A stretch of DNA of 64,000 nt from the NCBI GenBank assembly GCA_964016885.1, contig OZ024741.1:70432001-70496000 (forward strand), given 5' to 3'. This stretch comes from Eledone cirrhosa. Taxonomy: Eukaryota. Of the stretch, positions 56,191 through 64,000 are shown piece by piece. The notes under the pieces are model-generated. The model ran no database searches, was not told the origin of the DNA, and saw nothing but the letters and a program-made list of their open reading frames with translations. Every line of letters starts with the position of its first letter. Position 1 is the stretch's first letter. The position numbers were made by a program, and so were the translations under genes.

Positions 56191-56760
56191 TTGCAACAAA
56201 ATTTGTCAACACGAAAGGAAGGTAGAGATACGCCCCTTGTCAAAGATTATGCTTTTTTTACACACAAGAAAAAATCAGTTGTATCCCTTACTTTAGCAAA
56301 GACAGCAGCGACCCAAAACAATGTGGTCGAGAATCAGTAGCAGGAGTTTTAACGAAGAACCAATTTAACCTAATAGCAAATGTTTTGATAATCCAAAACG
56401 GAGAAAGCAAGCTTTGCTAACGTCAATTTTTGTACATCTTATAAAGATCCTTTATATATAAACCAGGTGGGCTTTTCAGCCCCCCCCCACCCTTGTATCA
56501 TTTTCTTTATATATATATATATATATTTGCCAGAGATGTCAACATGAATGGACCTGTTATTTTTATCTAAAGACATGTTTTCCAATTCCAACCCGCCCGT
56601 CCCCTCAATCTATTTTATTTCTCATTCTTTCTTCTGATGAAGGACTAGCGTCCGAAAGGTTAAGACCCTCTTCCTGCTATATCAAGCGTTAACCTAATAT
56701 ATACCTTCCATATACTGTACCGATTGTGTTGTTATTTCTGTTTACCTTTTACATACATAC

Positions 56761-56846
<86 letters not shown>

Positions 56847-59180
56847 GATGATATATATTTCCATCTACCAAATTTTACTAACAAGGCATTGGTCATCATG
56901 AGGTTATAGTAGAAGACACTTGCTAAAGGTGCCACACAGCGGGACTGAACCCTAAACCACATGGTTGCGAAACGATTTCTTTAACCGCATAGCCATGAAT
57001 GGGTATGATTTCAGGGAGATTTGGTTGCTATTTCAAGCAGGTCAAGCTACAGCATAAAGGCTTACTGTACTTTTTGCTAAAGGAAATAGAATACAAGAAT
57101 GCTACAGATAAATACACGATCAGTGTTTAAATAGTGTTGATAATAATAATAATTGTTTCTACGTTAGGCACAAGGCCAGCAATTACTCAGTACATTACTG
57201 GTACTTTATTTTATCGACCCCGTAAGGATGAAAGGCAAAGTCAACCTTACGGGGTCGATAAAATAAAGTACCAGTAATGTACTGGGTAATTGCTGGCCTT
57301 GTGCCAATAGTAGAAACAATTATTATTATTATCAACGGTGGATTGGCAGTATTGGTAGAGGGTCGGACGCCATGCTTTGACGTATGATAATAATAATAAT
57401 GATGATAATCCTGATGGTGGTGCTGATGATATAAACTAAGTTATCGTCTTCATGACATCATGCTTTTGTGTTTTCCTAAAATGACGTAATATGAACGTGA
57501 AATGAAACGAAACAAAAAAGTAACAACAACAACAACAACAAAATAATAATTGCAACAACAACAACAATAATAATTGTTTCTACTTTTGGCACAAGGCCAG
57601 CAATTTGAAGAGGAGGGGAAAGTCGATTAAATCGACCCCAGTGCACTACTGGTGCTTTATTCTATCGACCATGTAAGAATGAAAGGCAAAACTAACATTG
57701 GCAGGATTTGAACTCAGAACGTAAAAGGCTGCAACTCCATGTCACGAAGCATGTTGTCCGACGCTCTACCGATTCATCTAATCTGGTGTTGATAACAATG
57801 AAGAGCAAGATATACATTTAGGTATCCGACTCAGCTAGGTGTTTATTTGAATAAACGCTTTTGATATATCGTGGGCGCCAGCTCTTGTTAATAGAAGAAT
57901 GAGAATTATCTATAGTGATTATGATGGGTCCTCCAGTGGTTTCGACGACGAACATTCTGATGTTCGAACAACCGAACAGCCAAAACATGAATTAGCGTGT
58001 AAGTAGTTGAGTATTCCATAGATACGTGTACCCTCATCGTAATTTCCAATATATGACAAAACAGGACCTTTGAATAATAGGTACACTCCATCCGACAAGC
58101 TGCCATGCCGTTTCATTCTACCAAATTTCGTCCATATGGCTTCAGCTGAGTGAACTGGAGCAGCATGAAATAATTGTTTCTACTTTTGGCACAAGGCCTG
58201 TAAATACTCAGTGCATAACTGGTACTTTATTTTATCGACCCTGTAAGGATGAAAGGTAAAGTTAACCTCGGGGGCATTTGAACTCAGAATGGCAAGCGGC
58301 GTAACTCTATGCGTCAAAGCATGGCGTCCGACCCTCTACCGATACTGGCAATCCACCGAAATAATGTACCTTGCTCAGGAACACAATGCCGCGCCTGGTC
58401 CAAAGATCCAGCCATTGTCTTTACGAACATGAGACGAACACAACGTTAGACCGCACGCCTTCATCCTTAAAATCAACGTTAAGAGTGGGGTCCGCTAAAG
58501 GCAGCCAATAACTAAATGGTGGTGTTAAACCGAGCGACAGATTGAGTCATTCATGTAGGCAACAATGTAGGCAACAATGGCATTTGAGCTCAGAACGCTA
58601 AGTGATGGAACAAATATCACAAGGCATCTCGTCTGAAGCTGTAACAATTCCGAATAATCCAACGCCCTGGATGAAAGAAACACAAAGTTGATCTCGGTGG
58701 GATTTGAACTCAGAACGGAATTTGATCTATGCCAATTTCTTCCAGAGAGAGAGAGAGAGGGGGGAGAAAGAGAGAGAGAGAGGGGGGGGAGTGAAGCTCA
58801 GTGCTGGACTGGTGCTTTTCTTTCGAACTCGAAAGGATGCATCGATTGGCCTCGGACCGCAGAGCTGCTTAATCCGGTGGAGCTTTAAACAATTTAAACA
58901 ACACACTTAACGTGGGATCTGGTGTCGCTAAATAGCAAATAGTATTTAACTAGTGAAATATTGAAGTGTTTCGTTAATACAGATAAAACTAACTCTGCTG
59001 TAGATAGAGTATGATGCCAAATCTCCGTCTAAAAAAGAGAGCTAGTGCGTTGGGCGAGTAGACTCATGCCATGGCAACTAACTCACCTGCCTCACCCCCA
59101 CACCTTGACTGGCTTTTCTTACTTAGTTTGGATGCCGTCAAAAATGTTTGTGTAAAAGCAGCACCATACATGTTTGTTAT

Positions 59181-59445
59181 ATAGTTAGTCAAGAGAAGGC
59201 GGCGAAGAGACAGTCGTACGGCGTCGGATCAGAGCTGACGTATCTTCTAGTTCTGAAGAGCAGGCCTAGTTGTCCCACCCGCCTTATCTATACAGTTTAG
59301 TCAAGAGAAGGCGGTGACAGTCGTATGGCGTCGGATCAGAGCTGACGTATCTTCTAGTTGTGAAGAGCAAGCCGACTTATCCCATTCCGCCTTATCTATA
59401 CAGTTTAGTCAGGAGAAGGCGGTGACACAGTCTTAGGGCGTCGGA
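59181..59445 (+). repeat. ~115-bp tandem repeat (about 2.3 units) containing a SINE-head-like segment
   Basis: ttagtcaagagaaggcgg...ggcgtcggatcagagctgacgtatcttctagtt repeated. Confidence 0.85.
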
Positions 59446-59601
59446 TTAAAATGTTTTGGTATTTGTTCCAGCTCACTGCACTCTAAATGCAGAAAGCTGA
59501 AACATACATCGTAACTTATTCTATCTGACGCATTAACGTAGCGCTTCCTATCAATTCAACGGTCTTAAGCTGCAATAGCGAGTAGGTTATTAATGTACTG
59601 A

Positions 59602-59905
59602 AGGCACATAGCTTAGTGGTTAGAGCGTTGGGCTTGCAATCGTGAGGTTGTGAGTTCGATTCCCGGATCGAGTGATACTTTGTGTCGTTGAGCAAGATAC
59701 TCTATTTCACGTTAATCCAGTTTACTCAGCTGTAGAAATGAGATGCGACGTTGCTTGTGCCAAGCTGTATCCGCCTTTTCCTTTCCCTTGGACAATATCA
59801 GTGGCGTCGAGAGGGGACACTAGCTTGCATGGGGGACTGCTGGTTTTCCACAAACTAACTATCCCAGACTTGTGAAAATCCCATGGTCATTCGTGACCGA
59901 AGCAG
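59602..59905 (+). mobile_element. Second tRNA-derived SINE family (CORE-like segment); 3' part also at 33858-34100
   Basis: A box tagcttagtggttagagc, B box gagttcgattcc, gtgtcgttgagcaagatact motif. Confidence 0.78.
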
Positions 59906-60270
59906 GTCTTTCTTAATGCACAGAAAGAAGAATATGAAAGACATAACTGAACCATAAAATTCAACCGATATTTTTCTTTATCACAATACGAGCCCCGACT
60001 ATTGCGACGAGGAGCCTTATAAAGAACCCTTAAGCTTGATATTTCATAATACGAACAGCAAATATTACTGAGAGACGTATAACAATCTATTAAACTCGAT
60101 AATAGTATGAATATAGCTCGATGTAATATAACAAGTATCATACAGAGCCGAAATACAATGTAAATAATAATCAAAGAGTGTTTAATCTTTCAAACATTTG
60201 ATAACTAGGATGAAACGATCGTTAGTTATTAAATGGTTGAAAGATTAAACACTCTGATTATTATTTACAT

Positions 60271-60373
<103 letters not shown>

Positions 60374-60381
60374 ATTTACAT

Positions 60382-60429
<48 letters not shown>

Positions 60430-60596
60430 TATATATATTGCAAGAGATGTCAACATGAATGGACCTATTATTTTTTTTATCTAAAGACATTTTTTCCAAT
60501 TCCATCCCGCCCGTCCCCTTAATCTATTTTATTTCTCATTATTTCTTCTGATGAAGGATTAGTGTCCGAAATGTTAAGACCCTCAAGGGAACTGGA

Positions 60597-60631
<35 letters not shown>

Positions 60632-60662
60632 TATATATATATATATATCATATATATATATA

Positions 60663-60809
<147 letters not shown>

Positions 60810-60926
60810 GATACCAGTTCCCTTGAGGAGTAACAACACACCCAGGAGCTGGACATATCGATGAATTAACAGGGTAGAACCCATTACAACATCGTGTGTT
60901 TCCTGTTTTTTCTGCCTAAATTCTTA

Positions 60927-60979
60927 CTGCCTGATGAGGTCACAGCCAATAATGGCTGTCACTGAAATATGTATAGCAG
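60927..60979 (+). ncRNA. Type I hammerhead-like fold with canonical core
   Basis: ctgc-CTGATGA-ggtc acagcca ataa tggctgt cact-GAAA-tatgta-TA|gcag. Confidence 0.62.
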
Positions 60980-61073
60980 CGAATTGGAATAAACGAAGCC
61001 AACTTTAACATGTTTGACTAACACTTATTGTATATATATATATGTGCACGCGCGCGCGCGTGTGTGTGTATAC

Positions 61074-61113
<40 letters not shown>

Positions 61114-61599
61114 TTAGTCCCACAACAAATTAACGAATAATACTTGAGAACACGCATTTCATCCTGGGGTCTGTAATCAGCTGGAATCGTTTCTCCACTC
61201 TGTCGAGATATCAGATAACATTGGATCTCCCTGGAAAGCCCTATGAGAAATAGTTTATATTACGACTCTGGAAGTACTGGTTCTAACATAAAGCGTGACG
61301 TCCGACCTTCTACCGATACTGTGAATCCACCGATAATAATGGCACTGAAATTCCGCTACTGATCCACCGATGCATAACTCGCAAACGGCACAAAATATGT
61401 ATGAACCCAGTTTGGGGACCATTATAATAGAATTCAAATCGATAGACATTACAATGTAAGTGGTCTGACATGAACACTTCTGATGCAAGAGATGATAGAT
61501 CGAAGTAGCTCATAGTTTATTATGGAAGACACAGTCGAATGATTTGCCACTGTGAAGTGAAATAACAATGCGTTCACTGAAATTCTGGAAGTTATGTGA

Positions 61600-61815
61600 A
61601 TATTGGTATGTTATATAGAATGACAAGACTCTTCTAGATTTGACGGAAGGTATGAGAGCATTGGTGTGTGACATAGAATGACAGGATTCCACTAGATTTG
61701 TTGGAAGGTGTATGACTATTGGTGTGTGACATAGAATGACAGGATTCCAGTAGATTTGATGGAAGGTCTATAACGGTGTTTGATATAGATGATAAGACAC
61801 CACTAGAGTTAACGG
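61600..61815. repeat. ~59-bp tandem repeat, about 3.5 degenerate units
   Basis: attggtgtgtgacatagaatgacaggattcca.tagatttg repeated. Confidence 0.85.
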
Positions 61816-62035
61816 GAAAAATAGTAATAGTCACTGAGTACGAGTGAGGTGGAAGAGAAAAGATTTAATGTGATATCTGTAGGGGCTGTTTTCAACGTCT
61901 CACTCTTTGGTCTAGAGTAGGCATATTGGTAGGGTCAGATAAATTGCTTTTACCAGACTCTGTTTAACTAGTGATCTATCGATTTAATTGACACCATTTC
62001 AAAAGAACATGTCTGTATAGTTTGGAATAGATCTG

Positions 62036-62090
<55 letters not shown>

Positions 62091-62796
62091 AAATGTTTGG
62101 TAATGATAAGACCTACCTTTGAAGTGTAAAGTTTAAGTGCAATAAAAGAAACCCACTTGGGCCGATCGGTCAATCTAATAAATTGGAGTGATCGAAGATA
62201 TTTCAGCATTTGGTGATTGCAAGAACATAGTTGTGAGACGGGTAGAGCTGGAAGTCAAATAGACAGCAAATGTTCCAGTTGTTCGATCAACGGAATGGCT
62301 TACTCTTGAAATTAACTTGCAAGTGGCTGAGCATTCCACAAACATGTGTACCGTTAACGAAATTCTCCTGGAAATCCATCATGACACAATATATGACGAG
62401 GTGCACATCTTGAATTACAAGTTCAGTTCACCCGACGGTCTTCCAATTTCATTCATAAAACTTGGATCGATATATATCAAGGATATCATGCAATTTGATC
62501 CAACCTGAGACTTTATGACCACATATGGAAATGTTAAAACATTCTGCCATGCCTGTGGCCACTCACTGGTCTCTATGATAACTGAAACGGCTGCCTTAAC
62601 ATAGTTTGAATGTAATAAGAAGATTGTTATTTAAACTTAATTATCTTATCTGAAATCTAACACAAACACAGGACCAGCCAGCCACGCTGTCAGTCTGCTT
62701 GACTACACCAAATCAACATTGTTAACACAGTCATTATTACTCTCCAACTTCCCTGACACAAACACCACACATATTCTACCAACAACACAAATAGTG

Positions 62797-63080
62797 TCAC
62801 CACCACCACCACCATCACGACGACCACCACCACCATCACCACCACCACCACCACCACCATCACCACCACCACCATCACCACCACCACTACCATCACCACC
62901 ACCACCACCACCACCACAACCACCACCACCACCACCACCACCACCACCACCACCACCACCACCACCACCACCACCACCATCACGACGACGACGACCACCA
63001 CCACCACCACCACCACCACCACCACCACCACCACCACCACCACCACCACCACCACCACTACCATCACCACCACCACCATC
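62797..63080. repeat. (CAC)n trinucleotide microsatellite
   Basis: Directly visible; source of the poly-Pro/Gly/Val ORFs. Confidence 0.97.
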
Positions 63081-63925
63081 ATTCCACAAACAGACATAAC
63101 TATAACAAGTATGAACCCCACTCTTACAATTATAAACACAACAAATCCCACCATTATCTGATATGGATGATGATGATGATGATGATAATGATAATGATGA
63201 TGATGATAATAATTATTTCTTCTTTTGGCACAAGGCCAGCAATTACCCAGTGCATTACTGGTACTTTATTTTATCGACCCCGTAAGGATGAAAGGCAAAG
63301 TTAACGTCGGCGGGATTTGAACTCAGAATGGCAAGGGCCGTAATAATGATGATGATTATGATGATGATAATGATTATGATGATGATGATAACAATGATGA
63401 TGATGAATCTTCTGTTGGTTTCCACGATGAACATTCAGTTGTTGGATCATTTGAACGCCTTACTCGTAAATTAATATGTAACTGGTTGAGTATTCCACAG
63501 AGATTTGTACCCTTAATGTAATTCTCTACAAATAGTTGATTAGCCTGACTTGTAGGCTAAACACTCAGAAAATACCGTAAACCAACCGCTGACCTTGTTG
63601 TGCCTTGGAGAGAAAGTTTCCAGGTGAAAACCCATGGTCAGATTTAACCGAAGAAGGCTTTAAAATATACGTCTAAAATGAGAGGATGGTCATGTCTGGA
63701 ATGGCATTTTTCATTGATTTGGTCGATCAGGTCTGACCTAGGGCTAAAGAACAAAAATACCTAAGAAAAAAAATCAGTATCACCTTTGCAATTAAAACCA
63801 CTGCAACCACAATCAACACCATCATCAATACAATAACTTATACTATCACCACAGCGACAATTACCACCATTACTACCACCACCGATACTATTACCACCAA
63901 CACTACCACCACTATTAAACCCCAA

Positions 63926-63956
<31 letters not shown>

Positions 63957-64000
63957 TAAAGCATTCTCGCCTCTACCACCAATACAACCGTCACCTATTT

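Noticed and set aside
62690-63154. Poly-Pro/poly-Gly/poly-Val ORFs (formin- or extensin-like)
   Set aside because: Pure (CAC)n microsatellite open in several frames, with no flanking domain or splice evidence.

Overview
AT-rich, microsatellite-dense animal genomic DNA. The SINE and repeat inventory suggests an octopod cephalopod, but that is inference. I found no host protein-coding gene I can support; most ORF-track entries are translated microsatellites. The window is almost entirely mobile elements: a Helitron with both termini (12854-16984), a near full-length Tx1/L1-type LINE inside a 71-bp satellite (~27836-33295), several Penelope-like element (PLE) remnants with minimal hammerhead ribozyme folds and inverted ends, RTE, R4/Dong-like and CR1-like LINE fragments, two Merlin-type elements with TIRs and 8-bp TSDs, a mariner remnant, hAT and pogo-like MITEs, and many tRNA-derived SINEs. 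Two microsatellite-resident 'communities' stand out. (1) A (TATG)n community: short bipartite non-autonomous elements share a covarying 3' stem-loop, and in one subfamily a relic zinc finger, with a C2H2-bearing RTE LINE. They stack into tandem arrays, and R4/Dong-like fragments occupy the same repeat on the opposite strand. (2) A (TA)n community: PLE termini with minimal hammerheads (three unrelated families with a CCGANGA core) and a tRNA-cloverleaf-headed element with PLE-like inverted/partial-tandem architecture. All structures were read by eye; family assignments and novelty need database checks.
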